This document shows, piece by piece, positions 36,994-54,650 of a DNA stretch of 64,000 nt. The notes beneath the pieces are model-generated. The model was not told the DNA's origin and did no database searches. It worked only from the letters and a program-made list of their open reading frames with translations. A program made the position numbers and the translations under genes. Origin of the DNA: the human T2T-CHM13v2.0 reference genome, Homo sapiens; assembly GCF_009914755.1 (NCBI RefSeq), contig NC_060947.1, one strand, 5' to 3'. Within the stretch, counting starts at the first letter, position 1, and each line of letters begins with the position of its first letter.

Positions 36994-38552
36994 GTACCCA
37001 GTACTAAGGCACTCTTTATATACTCAGCTATTTTGTCTGATATCTATGTAGTCTGACTGTTCTCATCAAAAGTTTATACAATCTGACTGAGAATTATCTT
37101 TGAAATTGAGTTAGAATTGGTCTTGCTATGATTCTTCTCATTGTTCTCCCATTTTATTAGTATCTTTATAAACTCATTGGATGCTAATACATTTGAAGGT
37201 TTCAATTTATTATAATTATTATTCTTATTAATTATCAAATTGTCCCATATTTGGTCAATGTCATCTTTGTTCAAGTTGGGTCATTTTGACCTAACTCCAT
37301 CAGTCTTCGATAACTCTCTTGCTTTGTGGTGTGACAAGATGTTCCAGGCTCATCTTGTACATTTCTTTATTAAGACCAAGAATTAGCCATTGCTCTAAGA
37401 AGACTTGGGGCATTTTCAATTACTTTCAAAGTCACACTTGGGAGAAATTTCCTTTCTTGAATGATATTTTGTCTGATTATTAAAATAATATTCCTTTTGA
37501 TAGAATATACTAAAGAAGATTAAAAAAATAGAGCCACTGATACCACCATCATCCAGAAATAATGGATGTTAACATTTTATCTCTGGAACCATCTTTCCAC
37601 TTAAAGTTTCATGCCGTGCCTTTCCTTTTTCTAAACAGTAGGAAAAGAGATGATGAATGAAACTAGACATTTTAAATATTTAGACAAAATAGGTTGAACA
37701 CATGTTTTAACTTGTTAATCATTTTTGAAAAATCCTAATATTGGCCATTAAACTTCCAGGGCAAGCTGGTATATGTGGGAAACTTTAAATTTGAGTAATT
37801 TGGATTTTGCAAAAGTCTTTTTGCTACCATTGTTGGCTAATGCCAAAGATTGTCTGCAGAGCTGTAAGAATGCACTGGAAGGCAAACAGTACTGTATATA
37901 TTAATAGAAATGAAAAGAGGGTAAAATGAAAAGTCATTATAGAACCAGAGAGTATTTTTTTAACTTATCAACTTTTCATGTGTAGCATGTATAATAAAGC
38001 TCTTACAATGTTTAAAGCTGGGGTTTTAGATTGATGGAGAGCTCTATAAATCCCAGATTACTATTAATGTGCTTGTAGTCCAGCTCTAGTTACAGGGTTG
38101 TCATTGTTTCCAGTGAAAAGGTTTGTTTTTATTTTTTAAAGATCTTTAGTAGCCTGGAAGAATTAAAATGGTGATTTCTAGCAATTTTAAGCATGAAGTA
38201 GATACCAATGTCATTCACAAAATAATATGAACTAATTGTCTAGTTAAGTGTCTTTAATATCTTTGTTCCCCTAAGTGAGTCCAACATGAAAGCAACCTAG
38301 GAGCTGCTCCCTCTCCACCCCCATATCATTGGATTCCACCTTACTCGAAGCTCCTGTGGCTGAAAGAGGACTAAAGTGGCATTTTCTGCCAGGCTTTGTC
38401 ACGCTCCCTTTTGCCCACAGGTGCTTTAACCTCCAAGGGGCTTTTTGTGCCTACAGGGATATTCCGCACTCTTTGTCCTTTGTTTACAGTCCAATTTCAT
38501 AACCTTATGAATTTGTCAAACATTTAGCATTTTTTAAACCTAAAATAATAAA

Positions 38553-38712
38553 CGTTCCTCAAAGCACAGCTACCAAGTCAACGGCGTAAATAGCCCTTGG
38601 GAGCTTTTCAGAAATGCAAATTCTCAGGCCTCAACCCAGACCTCCTGAATCAGAAGCAGCTGGCTGTATTTTACCAAGTCCTCCTGGTAATTCTGATGCA
38701 TATTCAAATTTT
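38553..38712. mobile_element. MER5A-like hAT MITE
   Basis: gagcttttcagaaatgcaaattctcaggcctcaacccagacctcctgaatcagaa. Confidence 0.65.
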
Positions 38713-39310
38713 CATTGCTTTAAATATTCACACACTACTTATACAACCAATAAATCAAATGTATATTAAGTGAACAAAACGAATCTACTCAACCATTTAC
38801 ACATTGATTGCAAACTTAATGAAATGCTTTTAAACATTTAACTTAATCACAAGCCTAACATTTCAGATTTCCCTGCATTAAACATCTTACAAAGGAAAAA
38901 ATACACGTAAAATACCACGTTGTTTACATAGCCGATTATTATTTTGACAACAAAACTGGGCACAAAGCTATTAATATCATAGATTTAATTTTGTTTTTTT
39001 ATTCTTAAATCTCCTTTTATTTTTACTTTTGTATGGTCCTGGAATTTAAACTTCTGTACATTGCTGGATTGTTGGGAATTCTACAAGAGACTCTTTATAC
39101 TTTCTCAGGGTTTATGTAATTTTTCCAGACTGGAAAGAACAAACATATCACCTCGGGAAGTCAGGGATACAGGTTAAGTGGATTACTGGCCACTTAATTT
39201 TGGTTGGTTAGTGGGAACGGGTTGCTAAATTCAAGGTGACTTAAACTCAAGTTGCTGGCCACTAGACAATAATTTTTTATCACATAGTTTTTGTTTTTTG
39301 TCATGGAATC

Positions 39311-39754
39311 TATATTGTTTTCTCATTGCTGCTTTAACAAATTACCACATACTTAGTGGCTTAAAACAATACAAATATATTATCTTACAGTTCTGGAGGG
39401 CAGAAGTCTAACATGAGTGTACAGGGCTGTGTTCCTTCTGGAGGCTCCAGAGGAGAATCCAATTCCTTGTCCATTCCAGCTTTCAAGGGCTGCCTGTATC
39501 CTTGGGCTTGAGGCCCCCTTTTTCCATCTTCAAACCTAGTGTCTTCATAGCTTCTCCTCTCATTTCTAACCTCCTGCCTCTCTCTTATTCTCTAGTGTTA
39601 TATTGGGCCCACCCAGGGTAATCTCCCCATCTCAAGATCACTAACTTATGAATATGAATCTTCAAAATTCCTTTTGTCAAGTAAAGCAATACATTCATTG
39701 GTTCTGTGGGTTAGGACATGGACATCTTTGGGGACCATTATTTTGTCTACCACA
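39311..39754 (-). mobile_element. MaLR solo LTR (MLT1C-like)
   Basis: aacaaattaccacatacttagtggcttaaaacaatacaaat...ttaggacatggacatctttggggaccatta. Confidence 0.8.
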
Positions 39755-39760
39755 TGACAC

Positions 39761-41490
<1,730 letters not shown>

Positions 41491-41570
41491 CCGTCATTGT
41501 CCCCTGAACGTTTAGGCAGGCCAGAGGATGAGAGAGAGCAGCCGTATTTTTATCTTTTAAATTGATTCTG

Positions 41571-41881
<311 letters not shown>

Positions 41882-42087
41882 TAGAAGATTTAAGTTTTGT
41901 TTGTTTTTAATCTCTGGCAGCACATGACTCATTGCAATATTTAATAATATATTAACCTGGCCTGGTTTCAATATTTAAAAACATTCATCTTTCTTATTGG
42001 CATTGTGTTGTAATTAATTAGTTAAATCATCAAAAGTTTTCATTTCCAGAGAAACAGAAAAGTGAATCTTAAAATTTAGACTTCTTA

Positions 42088-42402
<315 letters not shown>

Positions 42403-43382
42403 TTAACTAAGTTAGTATTTTGGAGTAAATGGTTATTATCGTTTTCCTCATTGGAAATTGCATATGCGACTGGTGCTAGCCAACCGCTGGACTCCTTTTC
42501 TAGTTCACTTATATATGAGACCACAAATGCTGCTGAGGCCTGTTTATTCATGGTACAGTTTCTACTATTTCTAGGACTGTTTGGCTTACAAATTATGTTA
42601 GTAATTTGTGGCTTATGCAGATAAAAACAATACATATCTATACTATATGAACAGAAATATACTTAACAAAAACCCACAAATATCTATCTATAGTTATATA
42701 TAAACACTTTCCTACTTATGTAAGTAAATAAATTTACATGTACATAATATTCACTCTTCTTTGATATTACTATTATAATTTTGTACATTTTATTTACATT
42801 AACTTTTTTCTTATGTACATCATGTCCCTTTAGAAGCATAATTTATTTCATTTCATGATCTTTATTACTACAAATGATCACAACTTGAAAAATGGGAGCT
42901 CCTTTAAGCTGACTGTTTTTCTTTCAGCAGTGCCTCTGCCATTTAAAAAACAAATCACTCTTGTTTCCTGGCAAGAACAAAATGTTACAGACCTATTCTG
43001 ATTTTATTCTGCCCAATAACGTGAAACTGACTATCCTCTAATGGTTTCTGGTTCTTTTTTTAAAAATAGAACAATATTAGAGACAAAAATCTGGTCACTA
43101 GGGATGTTTACAAGTGTCAAGTGGGGAAAGACTACAGCTACTGCTGCTGCCTTGGGACTTCTCTTGCTAGCGACTGAGCTTAAAGAAAATACGTCTTTTA
43201 TAAGTGTGTAAAATCTTGTTCTTTCCAGTATAGCTTATCATATCGTTATCCCTTACTTTTCTTATTGTATGAGATTTCAGCAATTACTAAGAGTTTCTTC
43301 CTCTACATTGATCCACTGTGTCACCCAGTGGCACAGTAGCCCACTTTCCTCCCACCTCCTCTCTCACTCCGTTTTCTAGGAC

Positions 43383-43565
43383 AATGGTTCTCAGCCTAGT
43401 CTTCATACTGGATTAGCTTGGGGAGCTTTAAAAATGTTGATATGGGTCTCACTATCATAGCTTCTGATTTAACCTTCCAAAAAGCAGAATATGGCATCAG
43501 GATTTTGTAAAAGCTCCATAGGTGATACTAATGTGCAGCCAAAGTAAAGAACCTCTGTTCTAGAA
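43383..43565. mobile_element. MER5-like hAT MITE
   Basis: caatggttctca...ggtgatactaatgtgcagccaaagtaaagaacctctg. Confidence 0.6.
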
Positions 43566-44754
43566 AAGTGTTGCAACCTGAATAAAGCCAACCAGGCATA
43601 CTCCCATGAAATTACACCACAGAGGTTCCAGGGATACCAGCTTGACATTATAAACAGAAAAATTAAATGCATGCTTATCTTTTGACTGCTTTGCTTCAGG
43701 AGTTTTGGGGATGGGGACTTGCTAAAGAGAGAAAAACACACCTGCCTTTTTTTCAGTCTTCTTGAAAGACTCATGTGTACAGGTCGTTGACTTCTCCAAT
43801 TGTTCTGCTAGCATTTCTGTCTTTCAGTCTCATCTTCCTCACTCCTTCCTAACCTTGCTCTAATTACTTCAAGGTTTTAAAAGGCCTTGATTTCTTCATC
43901 TTTGAGGTTAAGATAATGTCTGCATGTGACACACACTAAATCTAGCAAAATTCAACAACATACTGTAAAGTTCGAGAAAACCATAACAGGTTGGCAGCCT
44001 AAGGTCCTAGCTGCCTAAAATGATTTGAGAGGCTATAATAGAAGTCAAATCTGCTTTTCTGGCTATGAGATTCCAGAAGGTCAACTGCAGTGTTAATCCA
44101 GACTTTTTTTATTTGTCTGTACACACTTTAGGGAGTGCTACATGTTTAAAGAAGTCTGAAGTATGACCTCTAGGATTAAACACCCCTCTGCCCCCACCCT
44201 CTCCTTCTCTCTCTCTCTTTCTTGGGGTTTTAGACATCATAAAATTAACCAATTCATCTGATATAGGGAATTGATAGTTGATTATAATTATATACCTTAT
44301 TGACATATCTACCTCCACTTAAGTTACTTTTCCATGACAGAAGCTTGCATTCTTATAGTATGAAAAACAGAATGTCTGTTTTAGTAAGAGGACAAAGGCC
44401 TAGGACCTACTCTATTTCTGTGTAATCTATTAGTATTAGTTCTTCACTTAGTTCCGATACACACCCAAGTCTGGGAACCATTGTCTTAGGGCATCAAATA
44501 AGTAAGGGTAGTTGCTTCTCTAACGAGAAGGGCCTTAACAGAAGGTGGTGAACTATTCTTTGCTCAGAGGAGTTTAGCTGCCTTTTTCCCTCAATTCCCT
44601 CCCTGCCAAGGATATTATAGACAGAGTCTTCTGTTTTTGTGGGCTGCCATCTCAGAAGCTTTGTCTAGTCTTGATATATTGCCTGGTTAGGATTTTAAGA
44701 AAATAATAGATGATGCTTTCAAAAATATGGCAGTCTCAATTCCCTCTTTCTTAG

Positions 44755-45405
<651 letters not shown>

Positions 45406-45992
45406 CTTAGTCCACCATCAAAAGTTAACCAATATCACATTTTTTTAAAAATGGCTCTTTTATTCACTTCTCATGCTATAAAATATAGCGCGCTTAGATA
45501 GTTCAAAGCAGTGGTTTACAAATCTCTATCCCCACTGACCCTGGTGTGGAGAAGCTTCCATCAGAAGTGGTAGAATAAGAAAAATAAGGATAAGAATTAT
45601 ATAGTAAATTTCATAAAGCTCAAATAATTCATTTCAAGGATTCTTCTTTGAAATTGTCTTTCACACCTTTTTGATGTTAAAATATCCTTTTTAAATTAAA
45701 TTAAGGTAGTAACATTATACCTGTTTATTTGCTTTTCTCATGCTCTTAATTTGGTAAATAAAGAGTTGCAAATCTTATGTTGATCTCCACATATTTTTGG
45801 AAATCTTGCTGGTTCATGAAATTTGAAAATCTGGGAGCCATGGGCATGATAAATCCATTAAAAATTAGAAAAAATCTGATCTTTAAGTCTAGAAAAATAT
45901 TGTTATAGGAATATAGTTTTTAATCTTTGATTCTCTAATCCCTGGGGCCAAGCAGTCCTTGAATTTTGTAAGCACCAGAGTTTATTGCTTTC

Positions 45993-46455
45993 TGTGTCAG
46001 TTCAGGTCCACTAAGCAGATTTCAAGAAGGAATTAGACTTGCAAGAGATTTATTGAGGGAACCACCAAGAAACATAAAGAGAGAGGCAGCAGGAGTGGGC
46101 AAGAGGGCCTTCAGACAGGGAGGCAGGTCTGACCCCTGTGGGAAAGAAGGATGCGTGGGTAGGGAGAGAGCCTCAGCCAGTAGCGCAGCTCTGAGAAAGT
46201 CTCAGCCAGGCTGGTGGGGAGCCCCAGAGCACAGACTGTCTATCAGAGAGGTCCCTGTCACGCAGGAATGGCCCAGCGCTATTCTCCCCACTGTGTTCTG
46301 TCATCAGGTTGGAACAGCCTGGGGAGGGTGGCCTTGGCAGGAATGCTGCAGGGCATCCGAAGGTGTAGCAGCTAGAGTGTCAGCCAATGGCTCTCCTCAC
46401 AGCAAGTTCTCTTCTGTAGGGCGATCTGTGTGTGCACTTCCATGGCTGCCACACT
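45993..46455 (-). mobile_element. Old MaLR LTR (MLT1-like)
   Basis: tgtgtcagttcaggtcc...gagatttattgaggg...ccatggctgccaca. Confidence 0.6.
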
Positions 46456-46843
46456 GGGACTTGCAATTCCACAGTGAAAATGTATCTTTTTTCTGTTGGA
46501 TGATGTGAAAGAAAATTAGCCATATGGCAGGTCATTAATGTTTCTCCGTATATCTTGCTTTTGGTCTTGTCCCTTTTAACCAATGGCCATTTATTAATTA
46601 TAACTCATCATTATGTCTGCTGGGCCCACAATTATCTCCATAAAAAATGTAAAATCGCTGGTCACTGGATAAGTCGTGGGAGGTAGAACATCTGGCTTAT
46701 GTAATGAATACATGTTTAATATTACCTTTTAAACCTGTAATGTTGGTAGGTTTTCATGTAGTAAAAATTCTATTTATTAGTATTTCTTGTTATTATTTCT
46801 GATCTTATATTAAATAAGGCATTATTAAGCATAATTATCTTAG

Positions 46844-47080
<237 letters not shown>

Positions 47081-48298
47081 TAAGTGAAACAGTTTACTTA
47101 AATCATGGTATTGGTGTTTTATTTTCAAATACCAGCTTGACAAAGAATTACAGCTTGTGTGTGCATTTTCTGGGGAAAACAGGACATTGTTAAAAACAGA
47201 CTCTAAGATCGCTCTGCACTCAACCCTATTCCCAAACCCTTTTAGCCCATATCTCATCTTATGTTCTGTCAATCCCTTTGATTTTTCGGTGCCATATTTA
47301 ACACAATGAATGAATAGAGAACACTGGAGCATACAAAATGGACAAGCCATATGTGATTCTATAGACATCAGGTCTGTGGCTTGGGAGTGAAGACTGGTGG
47401 AGTGTGCTTTGAATATTCAAAAAGGTTAGTTACTAAGTCACTCTGGAAGAGGGGGACACTTTCTATCATTTTAATAAACTGGTTATTTAAAGTAGGGTTA
47501 AGAATATGCAGAATTTATAGAATTGGGGCTCAAATTTAGCCATTCTAGTCCTCCCAAATTAGGAACTTGAATAACTTTGAAAGATTCCTCTTGTTTGGTT
47601 TGCCACAGCCAATCTACATTATATTGCCCCTGGAAATCCTAACAGCCATGGTTTCTATGTCTATGGATAACTCTGAGGAGACAAGATAAACTGGATAGGC
47701 CCATCTTCTTCCACATTTGAATAAACTACACACATTTAAATGTGAGGTTAAGCTCAAAATAAAACACTTTGGACATGAGGATGAGATCCATGCAGAGAAG
47801 ATGATATAATTATGTCAGATACCAAAGTGGCTGTCTGTGGGTGTGGCTTTACATATACACCAGATAATTTAATGCTTCCCCCTGGGGCTTTATCATTACT
47901 AGATTATAAATTCATTGAGGGAAAATGAGCTGTCCTATTCATCATAATGTCCCCTGCAGGACCTTGTGCAATGCCTTCATATAGGAGACACTTAAAGTAG
48001 GAGCTGAATGAATAAATAGCAGCTTGTTAAGAGCATGGAATCTAAATCAGATGGATCTGGAATTAAATTCTAGCTTAGCCAACTAGTAGTTCTGTGATCT
48101 CCAAATTGCTTAGCCTTTCTCTTTTTTAATCTTTTTAAATATATAAAATATATGAAACCTACAGACACTTCAAGAAAATAAAACAAACATTCATGTGTTC
48201 ACACAGTTTTGTCAATTCTTAACATGATGTTGTTACTTTATAATTCTTTGCTGTTTTTCAATAAAACATTAAAGATAGAGTTGAAGCCCACCATGTAA

Positions 48299-48905
<607 letters not shown>

Positions 48906-49212
48906 TAATGGTGCTCATTTGTATCCAATGAGTGAATACAACTAAGACTCAGATTTGAAATGTATGAAACTCTTAGTCTCTGTTCAAGTTCATATGGTGT
49001 CTTGGTTTAAGATATTAAGACATTTTACCACGTTTTTGGGATTGTACATTCATATTATTGAGTTGCTCTGTGTAATGCAAAAAAATTGGGAATTCATTCC
49101 TTCTAACAAGGCACTAATACTGAGATTAAGACTATTTATTTTAACCTTAGTAATTGCTACACATAAGCGAATTTACGCCTGGATTTCATCTCCTTCATCC
49201 CGTGCCTTTTAG

Positions 49213-49479
<267 letters not shown>

Positions 49480-50041
49480 TAAATAGCTATCTGGCCTCTT
49501 GAGAGTCCAATTTCCCATCTCTACAATAAGAGATAGTCTTGGCTGATGCCTTTTATTCTATGAGTTAGTGTTAAAAGCATGTCTGAATTATTCCTTTGAA
49601 TACCCTGCTGTAGGCCATTATGATGACTGGCATTGTGCATTACCACCACAAAGGCTGAAGAAAGCAATAAAATCCAGGCAGCATAGAATTCTCAACCCAT
49701 GGGAATGATACTGTCATTTTTCTAACACTGCAATTTGGTAGAAAAATGTGAATCCAATGTGAGGATCACAGTGATGGCATCTACACCAGCTTAGTATTTC
49801 AAAACTCAACTCTGGGGACCTTTTGGCTTAGAAAATTTGAGCCCCACATGGCTATGAAAATGACCCCTGCATACTTCCTACCTTGCTGCTCTCTCACAGC
49901 ATGTATGGAATACATGACTTCTTTCATAGGCCCAATGTAAACCTTTTGATACACAAGAAACTGGTAATAATTGTTGCCTCTGAGGAGAGGAACTGGGAGG
50001 TTTGAGGATAGAGGTAGGAGGGACACTTTATTTTGACCATA

Positions 50042-50172
50042 CAGTCATGTGTGGCTTCATAACAGGGATATGTTCTGAGAAATGGGTCCTTCGATGACTT
50101 TGTTGTTGTGGGAACATCATACCGTGTACTTACACAAACGTAGATGGTATATATTTTTATTTATATATATTC
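50042..50172. mobile_element. Tigger3-like terminal fragment
   Basis: cagtcatgtgt...gggatatgttctgagaaatg...gtgtacttacacaaacgtagatggtata. Confidence 0.65.
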
Positions 50173-50832
50173 TTTCACATGGAAAAATAAATGTTCCAGC
50201 ACCATTACTAAATATCAACCTTAGGCCAGGCACACCACCACAGGCACACCACCGTGGGGATTTGTGTACAGGTGATTTATTAAGGAAGTACTGCCAAGGG
50301 AGATCCCTAAGGGATTAGGGGGAGCAGGACAGGGAAAGGGAAGAATCTAAGCAAGGATGCCATTTACAGTGACCAACCATCCTGATTTGCTCAAGATCAA
50401 GAGATTTCTGGGGACATGGGGTTTGGGGTGCTAAAATTGAGAGTCCGGGCAAACCAAGGTGATTTGGTCACCCTAGTCCCATGTCGTGCACAGTCCCACA
50501 GAAAGTAGCTTCAGCCTGATCTCACAGGTGAGCTCTGGAGTGTAAGTTATGCCCTAAAGTTATCCCAGCATTGGTCAAGGGCAGCAGAAGAGGTGGAGTG
50601 GTAAATCCCCTGGCACTTTTGATGGGAAAAGCAGCCTGGTAGCCAGAGAGCTGTCCCCTGAAGACAAACTGCACGCACTAGGTGTTAAAAACACTGAAAC
50701 TGAGGAAGGGAGCAGAAGCCATGAAAAGGGATCCCCCGGGGGCCTCTGAGTAGATCACCAACATCATCTGCTGCATCCAGCCAAAACAAAACTAACCACC
50801 ACCAAATGCTTCACCAGGTGTTTTTATCTTGC

Positions 50833-51230
50833 TGTCTTGGATTCTTAGGGCTGCCATAACAAATTACTACAAACTACACAGCTTAAAACAATACAAATTT
50901 ACTCTTTCACAGTTTTGGAGACTAGAAGTTTGAAATCAAGGTGTTGACAGGCCACACTCCCTCGGAAGCCTCTCAGGGAGGATCCTTTTTTGCCTCTTCC
51001 TGCTTCTGGTAGCCCCAGGCATTCCCATTTTCCCTCTGTGTCTGTGTCTCTCTGTACAAATCCCCCTCTTCTTATAGGGACACCAGACATATTAAATTTA
51101 GGCCCACTCTAATCCAGTATGAACTCATCTTAACTAATTACATCTGGAAAGACTCTATTTCCACATAAGGTCACATTCTGAGTTTCTGGGTGGGAGTGAA
51201 TTTTGAAGAACACTATTCAACCAAGTACAC
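50833..51230 (-). mobile_element. MaLR solo LTR (MLT1C-like)
   Basis: agggctgccataacaaattactacaaact...ttttggagactagaagtttgaaatcaaggtgttg. Confidence 0.8.
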
Positions 51231-52568
51231 CTGCCATAGAAAAAATGTACTGCATGCAGTGGAAGTCATCCTATTATAGTAAATTTGAGGGACTCAGAGA
51301 GATGACCCTTACAACAGATAATTCTCCTCTTTTATTCAGCGTGAACTGAAATAAGGGTCAGATCCGATATGTGCTTAAAGCGGCTTTTATTCACTTTATG
51401 GGAAGGGTGAGTACACTCTCTATACAAAGCTAGTTTGAAGAAAGGCTCTGTATTAATGCAAACTCTTATTGCATTTGGTTCCCACAGATGAAACATACAT
51501 TAACAATAATTGCTCCCTGCTATGAAGATCTTTTGGAAGGCTTTATTCTGTTGAAGAAATATATGGTTTAAACATTTTATTGCATGCCAAAGATGTTTTA
51601 TTAACATCAAAGGAAAAAATTCTAATATTACAGAGTAATTGCAGTATTGTTCTTAAGGAGAAACTCATTTAAATGATAAAGAGTACTAAAACCTGGTTAA
51701 ACCTTGGTGGGAGTAAGAGTTTTGCAAAGTCTTCTGGAAAGTCTGATAGTGCAAAAGTCATTCCATCAATTTGTAAGTCTTCAGTTGTTAGTAGACCTGT
51801 TTCCTTTAAAGATAAAGCTAGGAGATTTATTGTAAATTTTAGAAACACTGAAACGTTTCCAAGGCCATGATTAATCTATTTCCCCATTCTTTAACCAAGA
51901 ATAACTTACATGTTCAAGAAAAAATAATTTTGTCCATGATTGTAAAATTGCTCCATAAACTATCAATAGTAATGATTTTAACATTGTTCTAAGTGAATAC
52001 TTAGAGTGAACTGGGTGTGTTAATCACCTTCTTTGTCTGGTTTTAAAATTTATGTAAAGGCTAGTGAGTGATTTAGTATTGAAAGCTGAGATGTGAGTAA
52101 AGAATTCCTCTCTGTATTCTAAGTCATGCCTCAGTGCATGCAAGGTTGGGTGATTTTCTAATTTCCAGACCTCTCTGTTGGTTCTCTAAGTACTTATTGA
52201 TTCCTTTTCTAAGAATTATTGTACTTAGGGAGTATAAAACCTACTCTCCAAAGGGAAGGCTAAATTTTCAGGGTAGGAGGCACCTGGGGGAATATCCAAG
52301 TCTCTTCATTTATGTTTACCAGTATGGCTGTTCACAACATTAGTTGCTAAATTAGCTAGCCTTTATTAATTACTTTCCCCAAATCTCTATAAACAAGGCT
52401 CCAGAATTCATGGCTATATGAGGGTGGTAAAGCTGCTAAAATGTCTGCAGGCATCTTCATCAACATCTGAGTAGTTTCTTCTTTCAAGAATGCTTTAATA
52501 GAAGAAGAAACTATGGTAGACAATCATGTGCAAATAAACACAATTTCACAAATAAACCTAGACATGCC

Positions 52569-53028
52569 TGTCACAGGTTGGGTTTCTTGGGAAGCAGACT
52601 CAGAGTTTAGTGTGCAGGACAGGCAGGATGCTTATTAGCATGTGCCCTTGAAATCAACAACTGTGGAAAGGAAGGGAAGGAAGCAGGAGTAAGAGGGAGA
52701 AGCTGAGTTGCGATGCAGACCCAACAACAGCCTTGGCTGATCTTATGGAAAGTTCTGGATCTGAGATGTCCATTCATCTGTCTGGAGTTGGGCAGAGGAG
52801 GGTCAGGTTTTCATACCCTCCTGTCAATCAGCCATTGAATGTGGGTTGCCCCAAAAGGGTGTGTGACCTTGGGTGCGGCTGCTCTCTGCAGCAGAGGCAG
52901 TGCCCAAAGGGGGCTGACAGCTGAAAGCCGTCTTCTGGCAGCACTCCCAGCAGCTGGGGGAATAAGTCCTTTATTCATGATTATTCCTGGAGGGGGATCT
53001 CGGGAGCATACCACAGCGTTCACCACAA
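52569..53028 (-). mobile_element. Old MaLR LTR (MLT1-like)
   Basis: tgtcacaggttgggtttcttgggaagcagactc...cacagcgttcaccaca. Confidence 0.6.
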
Positions 53029-53549
53029 TGCTTCAGTGAAAAGTGATAAAAATCAACTCATAATCAATGCTAAGAACTTGGGAAAATGAGAAGGATAGAG
53101 GAAGGTGAGGATAATTACAGTGTTTGAACTGACAAGACTTCCATATGGAGGGTCTTGGAGGTGAGGCTGGGCTAGAGTTTTGAGGAGCTGACACATTGTG
53201 ATGAAGAAGCCCAGGAGGGGACAAGAGAGGAGGTGTTCAAGGGTGAAAGGCTGTGATGGCAGAAAAGGGCAAGATGTGTACAGGGATGACAATAAGATTG
53301 GCTTTCCTGCAGCAAGATGTTGAGAAGAATTAAAAGAGACAGAAGCAGAGGATGGAGGTGGGGAGCCTTGATGCTCTTAATCAGCTTTGACTTAAGAAAC
53401 AAGTAGTAAACATCAGAGGCTTCAGAGAAAACAGTTCTTGCTGCTGTGTACAGAATAGGTTGGAGAGTGAGGGTAGAGGCAGGGAGGCTGCCTGTGGGAA
53501 TCTGGGATACCTTGGGGAGCTTTAGCTGTTCCCATGATGTCTCCTCACC

Positions 53550-53703
53550 CAGAGTAGGAACTAGGCTGAGCAAGCGAGGCACCTAGGGTGCAGAATTTGT
53601 GCATGCATGACCCTGAGAATGTGTGTTTCTTTACATTTTTTCTAGCGCCTCCTTAAATGTTTTGCCCTAGGCACCTCGCTTGCCTCTCCAGAGTCTGACT
53701 CTG
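53550..53703. mobile_element. MER96-like palindromic hAT MITE
   Basis: Inverted arms gcaagcgaggcacctaggg / ccctaggcacctcgcttgc; 8-bp TSD (t/c)cctcacc. Confidence 0.75.
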
Positions 53704-54336
53704 CCCTCACCAAACCATCCCGGACAAATATATAATCTTAGCAAAAACAATGTATTTGTTCTGTCAATGCCTTTCAAAACAAGCACCCTGCCCTCAAAAG
53801 GCTTGCTGGGGAATGCAAAAGAATGAGAGGTGTGTAATGGGGGAGGGGGAGCTGTTAGTATTTAGCTGGGATGGTCAGGGAAGGTTTTTCTGAGGAGGGG
53901 ACATTTCAACTGAGACCTGAAAAAGTTATCCACATGGAATGGGTGGAAGAAAGAATTTCAGACAAGAAAGGATAGCATGTGCAAAGATAGACAAACATGC
54001 ATTCATTTGCACACTTCTGAATATAATCCTCTTAAGCCATTATGGAAACCGGAAGAGGTGCTTCCAAGAGTTAGAAAGCACCATGCCTTATGTTTGCCTT
54101 TATGATTAAAGAAGTCGGAGATAGTGAAAGCTGGGGCAATTGGTTGTCTCTTTAAATTCCAAAAGGCACTATTGAGTTTTGGAATTCTAGATGTAAAAAT
54201 CATATTCTACTGAACATGGTGGGACCACATCTTGAAAAAGGGAAGGAGACGCGATATTGAAAAGAAAATAATATATATTTAAGAAAACATGTATAATAAA
54301 ATTACCTAAATAAGATTTAAATTCTTCCTCCTTTAG

Positions 54337-54390
54337 GGTTATGAGCCGGATGCTAGTGTAACCAAGTTGGCAGAGCAGTATGCCAAAGAG
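54337..54390 (+). CDS. OTC: OTC exon 7
   Basis: cctttag|GGT TAT GAG...AAA GAG|gtatgc; GYEPDASVTKLAEQYAKE. Confidence 0.97.
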
Positions 54391-54470
54391 GTATGCTCTT
54401 TACATGTAAAGCTATTATTGCCTTTTACTGTCCCATGAAGTTATTTAACCAGCGTGTTTATGTATGCTAG

Positions 54471-54650
<180 letters not shown>

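Noticed and set aside
46053-46508. 151-aa GC-richer ORF before exon 5
   Set aside because: Lies within an old MaLR LTR, starts at a non-ATG codon and has no recognisable homology.
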